DNA of 64,000 nucleotides from Candidatus Bathyarchaeota archaeon (GTDB lineage Archaea; Thermoproteota; Bathyarchaeia; Bathyarchaeales; Bathycorpusculaceae): NCBI GenBank assembly GCA_963767735.1, contig CAVYES010000004.1, positions 224,001 to 288,000 of the forward strand, read 5' to 3'. Shown piece by piece: positions 1 to 10,366 of this stretch (position 1 is its first letter; each line of letters starts with the position of its first letter). The notes under the pieces were generated by a model. It saw only the letters and a program-made list of their open reading frames with translations, ran no database searches and was not told where the DNA came from. The position numbers and the translations under genes were made by a program.

Positions 1-3000
1 TCAGCTCCTCCGCGCTCGGAGCCATGGGGATTGACAATATGTCGCCACCAATCTTAGGTCTCGTGTTAGTCGATCAGAGCTACTCGATGCACATACCCCC
101 AGTTTATGATGAGGCAGTCGCAAACCAACAGCTTCCTACAGGCCAGAACTACCTAACCTGGCTGGCTGGAGCCTCGATCGACGACTTGAGAACCGAGAAG
201 ACGGGCTGGAAATCTCCTCCTTACTCTCTGCTCTACAAAGTGCTACGAGCTTCACTTCTGAGGGCTTACTCAGACACAGCGTTCCAATTGCTTTTGCCTA
301 CTGGCCAAGTGAGCGCTACAGACCAAGTGGAACCGGTCCTCTTGAACATGGATCCCTCGAACCCAACACCAACGGTTTGGACACGTTTCAACATGAAAGT
401 ACCTAGCTCCAGCGGTCCCATTGCTGTGTCCTCTTATCTCGAAAACGCAGCAAACCGGACGACAACTATTGCAACCCCACTCAACGAGACGCTTCTCGCG
501 CTAGAAAAGTCTGGCAACTCTCACCATGGGAGAGTTGACGTACCTCTTCTCGGGAACGCTTGACTCATGCAGTCATAGGCTCGATTCATTGGTGACTTCT
601 CTGGCAAACCAGCGCCTGCTCGAAATTCGAAAAGCGGAACAATCTACGAACCAGAAACAGCCATCGATTTGCATCGGAGCTTACGCTTGGGTGGAGAATC
701 TTCCGCCCCACTCGAAGACCCCGAGCAACCCACTCGCTGGAACCTCAGGCCTCGCCTATGACCAAGTTGGTTATATACACGCTCCATCACTTCCACAAGC
801 CGCTGCTGCTGCCCTTCTCAGGAACGCATATGTTAGTGGTGCGGATCCGAATAACAACTTCAGTGCGGCTATCGACCTGTCTTCAGATAGGGTAAGGAGA
901 GCGCTCCTTCTCCTCGAGGGTATCCGCCAAGGGTCGAGCATCAGCATGCTGCTCGGCTCTTGGTTCGAACGCGATCTTCACGAAAGCAACCCACCTCTAG
1001 ACGTTTACATCCAACCTTTCCGCGAACTCTATCCGCTCGCGCCGAGCAACCCAACTAACGCCCCCACTCCCGTGGAAACTGTCACCCCAAGAGATGTCGT
1101 GGATGGATACGCTCTGGAACAGGCATGGATCAATAACTCAATACCGTTCGGAAGCAACAACTTGCCCAGCCAAACAACCAATTTGAGCCACTACAACGAC
1201 ATTGTAAAAGCACTGAAAGATATAGTCGGCATCATGGACTCAGTAAACGATATCTCAGTAGCGGAAAGTGGCTACCAATTCGCAAGGGGAAATTACTCCG
1301 CTGCTACAGGGATAATGGATGCCATATCGCAGGGCAAGCGTCCACCCGTACCCCAGATTGTGGACTCTCCGCACACTGGTATCGCCCTAACCAACCGGTT
1401 TGTCCTCGCGCTCTCGCCTACCGACATCTCTCTCCCACCAAATTGGCCAGATCCGATTTCGACCAATAATCCTCGCGCACAAGCCGAGCCGCTACTGAAC
1501 GCGTGGGTCGGATTAGCCTTGGGCGACCCAACCCAAGTAGGATGCACTGTAACGACCACAAGTGTGGACCCATCGATCGACGGTATTCCACAAATAGTAA
1601 CGCTGGCAGACCTCCAGCTACAACCGCTCGACGTGCTCTACCTCGGAGTCTCTGACGGAACGCCACGGGCCGGTGAGCTAGAACAGAGAATCGCATACTA
1701 TGTACTGGCATCCTTTGCAGTAGCCATCAATAACAAATCCACAGCCACTATCACATTCAATCCCGCACCAACCACAACGACCACAACCTTCCCACAACTT
1801 CTTGAACTCGCCAGCGCCATACGCCAAACCATAAACACCTCAAGACCTCTTGCGGCGAACGATCTGGAGCCACTGGCTAACGTGCAATCTCCGTCCGATG
1901 TCTCCATCGATATGACTGACTCGGAAAATCTCGGCCTGAGCAATCGCGAAAGCATAGTCGAAGGCTTGGTACAGGGCTCGATGAATAATCTTAATGCTCA
2001 GTTGAAACTTGCTGGGGTTGATCCTAGTGACTCTCCTTTGGACCGACAACGGGATCTCTTGACTCTTTCGAATCAGTTGAGCGCTACAGGAGGTCCCCCG
2101 ACAAGCGTCTTAGCCGTTATCGGGACGCTTCCAGCACTACTTGTGACCGCCAGCATGTTGGGCGGCAAGGGGTCTATCCCTGTAAACTCAAATGGGCTGC
2201 CACAGCAGGACCCAATTCAACTCGTAAAACAGGCGTTAACTGTCTATGACGATCTTAACGGGAGATACAACAAAGTAACGAAAGCTAGGTCGGCTCTGAG
2301 CACCGGGAGTTCTCCTGATGCGTCCACTCTCATCTCATGGATTCAGATGCTCTTGAGTAAGGATTTCGCAGTCTTGCCTCTCTTCACCCCCGATGCCTCC
2401 ACCTTCTCACAATTACAGTCTTCGCTAGCTTCCACCAACCTTGTGACCGATTCCATGGCGCCAATCTTATGGTTCGAGCAGGTTTCACACGTGAGGGATC
2501 ATCTCCGCGATTATGGTAGCGCGGCGACCTACGCGGAGATAATGGGCACCAATTTGTCGTTGCAATTCAAAATAGCACAGCTGCCTTACACAGCCACTGA
2601 TACGTGGGCGGCACTCTCGTCAACAAACAAATCGCCGATGGCTGCTGGTCTCCTGTCGTTGGTCTTCGCCCAACCCTCAAGCGCCATGACCTCCGGCGAG
2701 AAGATCTCCGGTCTAGTCATCGACGATTGGACCGAGTTCGTAGCGAACAAGACGGAGACGACGGGCGTTGCTTATCACTACGATGACCCGAATTCCCAAG
2801 CGCCTCAAACTATGCTTCTAGCGCTGGCTCCTGCGTCGATGGATACATGGCAGCTCGACTACCTAATATCTTTACTTAGCGACACCTTCGACCTCGCAAA
2901 GATCCGCTGCGTCGACCCTGATCAGAATGGATTCCGCAACCAGTTCCTGCCGGCTATGATGTTTTCAGACAACCTTCAGGGCCAAACTGTGAGGACAAGA

Positions 3001-3024
3001 CTCAGGGGGCATAAATTTGAGTAA
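1..3024 (+). CDS. Large uncharacterised protein, 5'-truncated by the window and split by a +1 frameshift near 510 (ORFs 24..563 and 526..3024 are one gene)
   Basis: The frame of ORF 24..563 is open back to the window edge. Removing one base in ctagaaaagtctggcaact gives LEK-LATLTMGELTYLF, joining the two ORFs. Motifs GYIHAPSLPQAAAAALLR and YHYDDPNSQAPQTMLLA; visibly higher GC than the rest of the window. Confidence 0.7.
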
Positions 3025-4813
3025 CCAAACATCTCAAGGCGGGGAGAATGCACCCTCAATCACGTTCTGGGGCAGACTGGAGCCGCGCATCAGAACTCCG
3101 TTCCTCGATGAGGTAATCGCTGCTTCGATTGGTGATCCTCTCTGGCTGCTTGGAAGACAGTGGCAGCTGGGCGAGTTCGAAGGAAACGATGCTGGGACTG
3201 CGATAAGGACCGACATCGCCTACCAGACAACCCAAGTTGGAACCTTCCAGGCCGCCGGTCAGACAGCCGTCGCGTACAACGGCGATAGAACACTGAACTC
3301 AATGGTCGAGCCAGAGCCGATTAAAGCTGACCTGCGCACCGCGGTCTCTATGGGACAAGACTTTCTCCGCTTCTTGAAGGCGGCTTTTACAGGCCAGACT
3401 GGTCCCGACCTAGGTGCCGCCAAGAGCTACTATATCGCCAACTATTCACCTCTGGCTTCATCGCCGGACGACGACGCGGCGACCATAAGATTCAGGGGAA
3501 TTGTAGCGGGCCGGTCCATAGACGGCATCCAACTCTATGCCGACCTAGCCGCAGCCCAGCCTTATCTCCCAGCTGCGCAGACCAATGGCCTGAATGGCAT
3601 CTTACCTACTTTGCTCGGGCTCGTTCTGCAGGCTGCCACGGCATACGTGAACTTCTTCCAATCAGTATTTTCTCTGCCACCCTCAAGCAATACTGCGTGG
3701 ACCAACGAGCAACTCGAATACCAGTTCGACGTGGCGGCTTCCAAGGATTCCACCAGCTCCATCGTCCTCTCAGCACGCGAATACCTCGGTGGCAACCTCG
3801 ACTGGCATTCCTTCAAGATGAATCCGGCGAGCAGTCTCGCGACGAGCTCGGTAAACCCAAACGCAAAACAAGATGCTACCCTCGTTGTGGTGCCCTCTCA
3901 CCTCGAGTTCAAGGGAATGCCGAACCGAAGGTGGTGGGACTTCGAGGACGCCCAGCTCGATCCGAGCTCCATTGACGTTGACCTAGTCGGCCTTCCCAAA
4001 CTCCTTCTGATTAACTTCGTCGTCAATCAGGCTAACGACTGGTTTATCATGCCATTGCCCTTGGCGCTGGGTTCTCTTACACGAATTAAGACGCTCAACG
4101 TCACCGACACCTTCGGACAGGTGACAGCAATCCAGCCGGCAAACCTGCATTCCGTAAACCCACAAAACCCATGGCGCATGTTCATGATGTCAGTTGACTC
4201 CGGAACCCCAGACCCGAATTGGTTGAACCTTCTCTTTCTGCCTCCGGTCGCAGGTCATATACTAGAAGGCGAAGTGCTGGAGTCCGTGAATTTCTTGAAG
4301 GATGAAGTGGCTGACATGGTATGGGGAGTTGAAGACACCGTCCAGAATCCTGCAGGCGACCCCGTTCCAGGGTACCGCGGTTCGCTCCCACAGGGAGCCA
4401 GCGATTGGACGCCGAGTGGGACAGACCCGACATACATCCTAACCACGAGCGTGCCCCCGAACTGGATTCCCTTCCTTCCAGTATACGTTACTCCTGGAAC
4501 CCCAGCAGTGAATTTGCAGGAGGCTGAGATACTGGTCCCGACATCTGGCCCTCCACAACCGGTCTCTCCACAAGGAGTGATACTCCAACCGCAAAGTTCG
4601 CCACCAGGCTCGTCCCCGACCCCATATTATGTTCGAGAGGAACAAGTGACCCCCGTAGGTGCGGTCGTCAATAGAAAGTTCAGGCGAGCAAGGTGGACCG
4701 ATGGCTCTGCCTCCCTCTGGATTGGACGAAAGCGGGACGCTGGAAAGGGCGAAGGGTCCAGCGGGCTCAGGTTCGACGCAATCTACGATCCTAGCACTGG
4801 AACATTCGAGTAA
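3017..4813 (+). CDS. Uncharacterised 598-aa protein, coupled to the upstream gene
   Basis: Long ORF overlapping the upstream stop by 8 nt; motifs WGRLEPR, DPLWLLGRQWQLGEFEGNDAG, GMPNRRWWDFED, GEGSSGLRFD. Confidence 0.8.
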   Translation: MSNQTSQGGENAPSITFWGRLEPRIRTPFLDEVIAASIGDPLWLLGRQWQLGEFEGNDAGTAIRTDIAYQTTQVGTFQAAGQTAVAYNGDRTLNSMVEPEPIKADLRTAVSMGQDFLRFLKAAFTGQTGPDLGAAKSYYIANYSPLASSPDDDAATIRFRGIVAGRSIDGIQLYADLAAAQPYLPAAQTNGLNGILPTLLGLVLQAATAYVNFFQSVFSLPPSSNTAWTNEQLEYQFDVAASKDSTSSIVLSAREYLGGNLDWHSFKMNPASSLATSSVNPNAKQDATLVVVPSHLEFKGMPNRRWWDFEDAQLDPSSIDVDLVGLPKLLLINFVVNQANDWFIMPLPLALGSLTRIKTLNVTDTFGQVTAIQPANLHSVNPQNPWRMFMMSVDSGTPDPNWLNLLFLPPVAGHILEGEVLESVNFLKDEVADMVWGVEDTVQNPAGDPVPGYRGSLPQGASDWTPSGTDPTYILTTSVPPNWIPFLPVYVTPGTPAVNLQEAEILVPTSGPPQPVSPQGVILQPQSSPPGSSPTPYYVREEQVTPVGAVVNRKFRRARWTDGSASLWIGRKRDAGKGEGSSGLRFDAIYDPSTGTFE

Positions 4814-5369
4814 CACTAATTGCTCGAAAACTCCGCGTTACAAAAATCTTATCAATCGGCGCCAGCCCGAAACTTCTGATCTTCATGTAGTTGAAGCCGC
4901 AGTTCACGTCAGGTTATGTGCCAGAGGACCAATGTCAAGATGAATTGCGGAATCCATAAAAATATCAATCCTCAGAACTCTGAGTGCGAAATCTATCCCT
5001 GTTCCACTGGTGCCCTTTGCTTTTTTCTCTTTCAAAAATTTCTGAAGTGTAACATAGATTTCGCTCATATTCTCATTAAATCGAGCGCCGCACAAAGACT
5101 TGGATTACAACCTCCACAGTCTAGCTCGCGTGGAATAAATGAGCCAAAAAGTTTATAGATATGGGATGTTTTTGGTGAAGTGAGGTCTGTCCTAGCCCTC
5201 CGAAGCCAAGAGGAGGGTGGCTGGGCCTTTTTGTTTTATCGAAAAAAATCTAACTTTATTTTTCGCCAAATTAGATTTTGGCGCACAGCGTTGGCTGGTT
5301 TGCTGTTTCTGCAAAGCTTTATCTTTTGACAATCACTCAATAATACTCAGCCAAAAGGAGGTTTGTTAG

Positions 5370-6182
5370 TTGTTCTGGGTTTTAAAACGCCGCTCTAATG
5401 ACCCTATGGTGAAGTTACTAAATGCGTACGAAATGAGTCTACTTCGACCGCCCAACGAGAATGAGGCAGTCGGGGATTTACTCATTTATTACGAGGGAAA
5501 AACTAGCACGCCAGGAAGAATTACAGGTCTGTTAAACCCACCTTTGGAAATGCCGCCCTTACTCAGTGAACGTCTCCCTAATTTTTCCGGATCCGTATTA
5601 TCCAATGTTACCTTTGATGAAGGGTTCAGCTGGCTTGAGGGTTTTTTTAACGCCCTCAGAATCGTGGGGGTAAGCGGAAAATTGGAGTTGCAATTCAAGA
5701 AGGAGCAAGCAAGCCAGATAAGCTTCCGCTTCTCTGATGTTACACGAGACAGAGTTGACGTCATCGAGCTGGGAGCAGAGCTCGAGAATCCCGAGTTCAG
5801 AATCAAGAACCCCTTCTACGACGGCAAATCCCAATATTATCTAGTAACTGCAGTTGCTAAATCTCCCTCAATCAGCATCAAGGTAAAAAGTGCAGACGGC
5901 AAGGTTCTTTCTCTTGGAGCAGAAATCCCCAATATTTTGGACAACTCGACGGGGGTCTCGATAAAAGAAAACGCAGATCAAGAAATAACGATTGAGGGAA
6001 AGAGACTGGCCTTTGGGATACAAACATACGAAATGCGATATAACCCCAAACTACAAAGACTAACCTTTACACCAACAGGCATAATCAGAGTCGGAACCCA
6101 AGAAAAACCTGACCTAAAACCAGCCCTCATCGGAGGCCCCGACGGCAACGTTTTCGTTGACGTTACTCAAAAAGAGAACTGA
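5370..6182 (+). CDS. Gasdermin-like pore-forming protein (prokaryotic gasdermin family)
   Basis: 270 aa. N-terminal NDPMVKLLNAYEMSLLRPPNENEAVGDLLI, central YYLVTAVAKS and LAFGIQTYE, and C-terminal PTG...NVFVDV match, from memory, the pattern of characterised bacterial gasdermins. GGAGG at 5357-5361 precedes the TTG start; a protease gene follows directly. Confidence 0.85.
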   Translation: MFWVLKRRSNDPMVKLLNAYEMSLLRPPNENEAVGDLLIYYEGKTSTPGRITGLLNPPLEMPPLLSERLPNFSGSVLSNVTFDEGFSWLEGFFNALRIVGVSGKLELQFKKEQASQISFRFSDVTRDRVDVIELGAELENPEFRIKNPFYDGKSQYYLVTAVAKSPSISIKVKSADGKVLSLGAEIPNILDNSTGVSIKENADQEITIEGKRLAFGIQTYEMRYNPKLQRLTFTPTGIIRVGTQEKPDLKPALIGGPDGNVFVDVTQKEN

Positions 6183-6200
6183 AAATGCGAGGGAGCTAAC

Positions 6201-9200
6201 TTGAGGACAAAAAAAAAGCCCCAAGAAATACAAGAAGATATGAAATCATACACAGTTTACTTTGCGTCTTCACATGATTTCGACAAAACTGAGATAATGG
6301 GGACTGGATTCGTTCTTACTAACGATGGGCTTATCGCCACTTGCTCGCACGTTATTCAAAATAAAGAATCGCAAAGGGCAGGTGAACAGAAACCAAAAAG
6401 TGTTAAGCTATCTTTTGTAGCGTCAGACATTGACGGGTACGCCGAAGTGGTGGATGAATGGTGGCGCCCAATTGGACAAGGCGACATAGCCATTTTGAAG
6501 TTAACCATACCTGAAAGCTTGCCTAATGGAGTCAGGCCTGCTTTGTTAAGCAGATTTTCAGGGAGTCAACAGCATGATTTTCAAGCATTAGGCTATCCTC
6601 GCGGGAGAGAAAGATGGGCGACAGGAAAAATTATAGGTGAAGTAACTGATCCAGAATTCAAAGGCATCAGGATAATTCAGCTGAGAAGCGAAGAAGATAC
6701 GATCGCTCCTGGACACAGTGGGGCAGCTGTTCTGGATTTGAAGACTCAATACGTCGTTGGTATGGTGGCAGCGCTCGATGCACCAGATTCGGAAGGGCGG
6801 GGCGCAAACAACGTAATCGCAATCAACCTTGACGAACTCATACGAATCTGTCCTAAATTGGATAAAGTTTTACAACCAAACGACGAAGTAACAAAGTCAT
6901 GGTCTCAAGACGAAGGCTTTAGACCCCCAATCGATCCGGACAACATCTTTGGCCGACAGCAAGAGCTCGAAAAAATAGACGAACTATTAACTCAACACAG
7001 TGCTCTTGCGATCGCAGGCGTCAGGGGCACGGGGAAATCCACTCTCGCAAGCATGTACGTCGACAGGATTCAAGAAAAGGGAAAGTACGCTGGAGTCTAC
7101 TGGCGCAAATTTGACGAAACCATAGACATCGGTGATGTAGTTGGAAGCTTCTTAGAATTCACAGGCAAGCCAATTGCAAACATTGGCTCTTACAAGTTAG
7201 ACCAACAGCTTTCCATATTCTTTAGAGAAATAGAAAAAGAAGGATCACCGTATTTCTTGGTTTTTGATAATTTTGAAGCCCTGATCGACCCTGAGACTAG
7301 CGCACCTTTGAAGGCGGGGTTTTCCGAACTAATCGAAAGGGCAAATCAGATCAAAGGAGAGAGCAGGCTCTTGTTCACTTGCTGGGAATGCCCAGCTAGC
7401 GAACGAGGCATCAAACCCGAATGTTATCAAATTGGCGGACTAGACTCCCAAGCTGCCCTGAAGCTCCTTCAGAAAATGGGTTTAGACGAGGCAAAAGGCG
7501 AGCTGATGCAAGCAATTGAGGGCTCTGAAGGCCACCCTCAAGCCCTAACACTATTGATCCAACTTGTTAAAGGAGGACAAGAAACTATTTCGCAAGCGTT
7601 GGCGGATGCGTCGCTTTGGAAAGGTGAGGTTGCCGAGAGAATTTTGGATAAGGTTTACTTAAAAAGGTTATCGGATGATGAACGCAAGTTCCTTCAATTT
7701 GTCTCGTTATTCAGGGAACCTGTACCTTTAAGTTCAATACTTGCAGTTGCCAATAATCCTGTATGGACTGAGGTGTTTGCCAAGAAGTTGGCGTTTAATT
7801 TGAACATGAAATCGCTCCTGAACAAGGCAGACGAAAATTATTGGGAAGAATCCCTGATAAGAAGCTACGCTTACTCCAGAATGGCTGATCGGGTTTTTCG
7901 CCACAATCTTGCCTGCAACTATTATCTCTCGCTCCCACTGCTAGAAAAGCCCATGAAAAAGGAAGATGTTCAGCCCCTAATAGAAGCACACTACCATGCT
8001 TGCAAGGCCAAAGAATATGACACAGCCGCAAAAATCATCATCTCCAAAAATTTGGATGAATACCTTGACCTGTGGGGGAATTACAGGACACTTTTAGAGT
8101 TGTGTCTTTTATTGCTTCCAAAGGATGACCCGTTAGAAGGGAAACCGCTACTTAACGAAATGAGTGATCAAATTCGCATCCTAATGGATTTAGGCCATTC
8201 CTTCGACAAGTTGGGTGATTATGGAAAAGCCATTGATTACTATACAAAAGCACTAGAAATCGCAAAACAAATAAGCGACAAACGAAATGAAGGCAGCTGT
8301 CTGGGAGGCTTAGGTAACATCCTCTATGGGTTGGGTGATTATGGAAAAGCCATTGATTACTATTCAAAGGCTTTGGACATCGCAAAGCAAATAGGCGACA
8401 AACATAATGAAGGGCGCTTGTTGGGAAACTTAGGTAATGTACACTTTAGTTTGGGTGATTATGGAAAAGCCATTGATTACTATTCAAAGGCTTTGGACAT
8501 CGCAAAACAAATAGGCGACAAACAAGGCGAAGACAGTTTTATTGGAAACTTAGGTAATGTACACTTTAGTTTGGGTGATTATGGAAAAGCCATTGATTAC
8601 TATTCAAAGGCTTTGGACATGGCAAAGCAAATAGGCGACAAACATAATGAAGGTAACTGGTTGGGAAACTTAGGTAACGCCTACGATAGTTTGGGTGATT
8701 ATGGAAAAGCCATTGATTACTATTCAAAGGCTTTGGACATGGCAAAGCAAATAGGCGACAAACATAATGAAGGTAACTGGCTTGGTAGTTTAGGTAACCT
8801 CCTCTACAGGTTGGGTGATTATGGAAAAGCCATTGATGTTTATACTAAGGCACTATACATGGCAAAGCAAATAGGCGACAAACAAGGCGAAGGTAACTGG
8901 TTGGGAAACTTAGGTAAAGTCTACGATAGTTTGGGTGATTATGGAAAAGCCATTGATTACTATACAAAGGCTTTGGACATCGCAAAACAAATAGGCGACA
9001 AACAAAATGAAGGGCGCTTCCTCGCTAATCTAGGTGAAATCCTCGATAGGTTGGGTGATTATGGAAAAGCCATTGATGTTTATGTTAATGCGCTAGACAT
9101 CGCAAAACAAATAGGCAACAAGAAAAATGAAGGCAACTTCCTCGGGAATCTAGGTATAGTCTTCTATTCTGTTGGGGGAAAAAACAGAGAAGCAATGGCG

Positions 9201-9398
9201 TGTTTTTTGCTGGCAAAGAAAATTCATGCGGGGTCGGGTAACGTTCAGGGATCCGCCGAAGCCGAAGATGACCTCAAGAATTTTGAGAGTAAAATAGGCA
9301 TAATCGAGTTCACCAGACTTCAAGCCGAGGTAGAGCCCCGAGCTGAAGAGATCTTGCAGGAAATACTTGAAAGAACCAAGCTAAACAGCAACAAATAG
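6201..9398 (+). CDS. Trypsin-like serine protease - STAND P-loop NTPase - TPR protein (NLR-like sensor/protease)
   Basis: Catalytic triad motifs ATCSHVI, GDIAIL, PGHSGAAV; Walker A GVRGTGKST; Walker B FLVFDNFE; GHPQAL (GxP) motif; C-terminal 40-aa TPRs. Confidence 0.92.
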   Translation: MRTKKKPQEIQEDMKSYTVYFASSHDFDKTEIMGTGFVLTNDGLIATCSHVIQNKESQRAGEQKPKSVKLSFVASDIDGYAEVVDEWWRPIGQGDIAILKLTIPESLPNGVRPALLSRFSGSQQHDFQALGYPRGRERWATGKIIGEVTDPEFKGIRIIQLRSEEDTIAPGHSGAAVLDLKTQYVVGMVAALDAPDSEGRGANNVIAINLDELIRICPKLDKVLQPNDEVTKSWSQDEGFRPPIDPDNIFGRQQELEKIDELLTQHSALAIAGVRGTGKSTLASMYVDRIQEKGKYAGVYWRKFDETIDIGDVVGSFLEFTGKPIANIGSYKLDQQLSIFFREIEKEGSPYFLVFDNFEALIDPETSAPLKAGFSELIERANQIKGESRLLFTCWECPASERGIKPECYQIGGLDSQAALKLLQKMGLDEAKGELMQAIEGSEGHPQALTLLIQLVKGGQETISQALADASLWKGEVAERILDKVYLKRLSDDERKFLQFVSLFREPVPLSSILAVANNPVWTEVFAKKLAFNLNMKSLLNKADENYWEESLIRSYAYSRMADRVFRHNLACNYYLSLPLLEKPMKKEDVQPLIEAHYHACKAKEYDTAAKIIISKNLDEYLDLWGNYRTLLELCLLLLPKDDPLEGKPLLNEMSDQIRILMDLGHSFDKLGDYGKAIDYYTKALEIAKQISDKRNEGSCLGGLGNILYGLGDYGKAIDYYSKALDIAKQIGDKHNEGRLLGNLGNVHFSLGDYGKAIDYYSKALDIAKQIGDKQGEDSFIGNLGNVHFSLGDYGKAIDYYSKALDMAKQIGDKHNEGNWLGNLGNAYDSLGDYGKAIDYYSKALDMAKQIGDKHNEGNWLGSLGNLLYRLGDYGKAIDVYTKALYMAKQIGDKQGEGNWLGNLGKVYDSLGDYGKAIDYYTKALDIAKQIGDKQNEGRFLANLGEILDRLGDYGKAIDVYVNALDIAKQIGNKKNEGNFLGNLGIVFYSVGGKNREAMACFLLAKKIHAGSGNVQGSAEAEDDLKNFESKIGIIEFTRLQAEVEPRAEEILQEILERTKLNSNK
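8190..9170 (+). repeat. Eight near-identical 120-bp tandem repeats encoding 40-aa TPR units
   Basis: ttgggtgattatggaaaagccattgat recurs at 8211, 8331, 8451, 8571, 8691, 8811, 8931 and 9051. Confidence 0.97.
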
Positions 9399-9555
9399 CG
9401 TATCTGGCAGACTTCATTCAACCAAAAGATTAGGCAAACTTGACATCGATGGTTGGTGCGCAAAAGGCGAATAATACGGCTTGAAGCTCAGATATAGAGA
9501 CATTGTCAGATAAATGAAGTCTGAACCAAATTTCATGTAAATACCAAATAACTGT

Positions 9556-9759
9556 AAAAAGGAAGAGCAGCAGCAATCGAAACTGTTAGCCGTAATTTCA
9601 AAATTAGCGTTGAATGATGCCTTAGAAATTATTTCGACAGGACTCGAAGACAGAGCTGCTTATGTAAGATTTGAGACCGCTCAATGTGTTCGCTCTAACA
9701 TGAACTCAATCCCGAGACAGGTTTTGCTTAAAACGCTTGAAATTTTTGAAAATCTCTGA
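9556..9759 (+). pseudogene. Possible HEAT-repeat gene remnant
   Basis: Frame reads KLALNDALEIISTGLEDRAAYVRFETAQCV, a HEAT-like pattern; no clear start. Confidence 0.3.
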
Positions 9760-9936
9760 TTATAGTGGATGGCTAATCAGCTATTTCTCGAGCATGGAAT
9801 ACAATAGCTTCAAGGAAGAGGTTGAACAACAATTAGCAAATGATCATATCTAACAAGACAATGTTATTCTTTCCTAAGTGGCGCCTGATAATCTCAGGCA
9901 AAGAATTTAAGACCATGATAAGCCCAGAATTTCAGC

Positions 9937-10251
9937 ATGGTGAATAAGGAAAGACAGGTTGGTTCTAGAGCTGGGAAAGAGGACAGCGTCAAGCGGATGC
10001 AAGGAATTTTGGATAGGTTGGGTATTCGGCTCTGTGTCGCTTGGTTACCAGACGATGGCAAGTCTATTCATGGCGACGCCTTCGCCACTTTCACGCATGA
10101 GATAATTGAGTTTAAGCTCAAAGAAGTCACCAGAGTCTACCGAGAGCTCATAAACAACCCAATAGACGGCTATGAGAAGCTTGCCTACCAACAAAAAGAA
10201 GACTTTATTGAATTCGTTCCGAAATTGATCAAAATTACCAAGACAGATTAA
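9937..10251 (+). CDS. Hypothetical protein
   Basis: 104-aa ORF with ATG start. Confidence 0.5.
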   Translation: MVNKERQVGSRAGKEDSVKRMQGILDRLGIRLCVAWLPDDGKSIHGDAFATFTHEIIEFKLKEVTRVYRELINNPIDGYEKLAYQQKEDFIEFVPKLIKITKTD

Positions 10252-10366
10252 CCCCCCTCACGACCTGACCACTCAAGAATAAATCACCTGCATCGAACAA
10301 TAGCGTTCGCCAAACAAAATTCAAAGTAATGAAGAAGTTATATAACAAAAAAGTGAATTAGGAAAT

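Noticed and set aside
8190-9170. Regularly spaced repeats as a CRISPR array
   Set aside because: The period is exactly 120 bp, the repeats are in frame inside a CDS, the intervening sequences are homologous, and there are no cas genes
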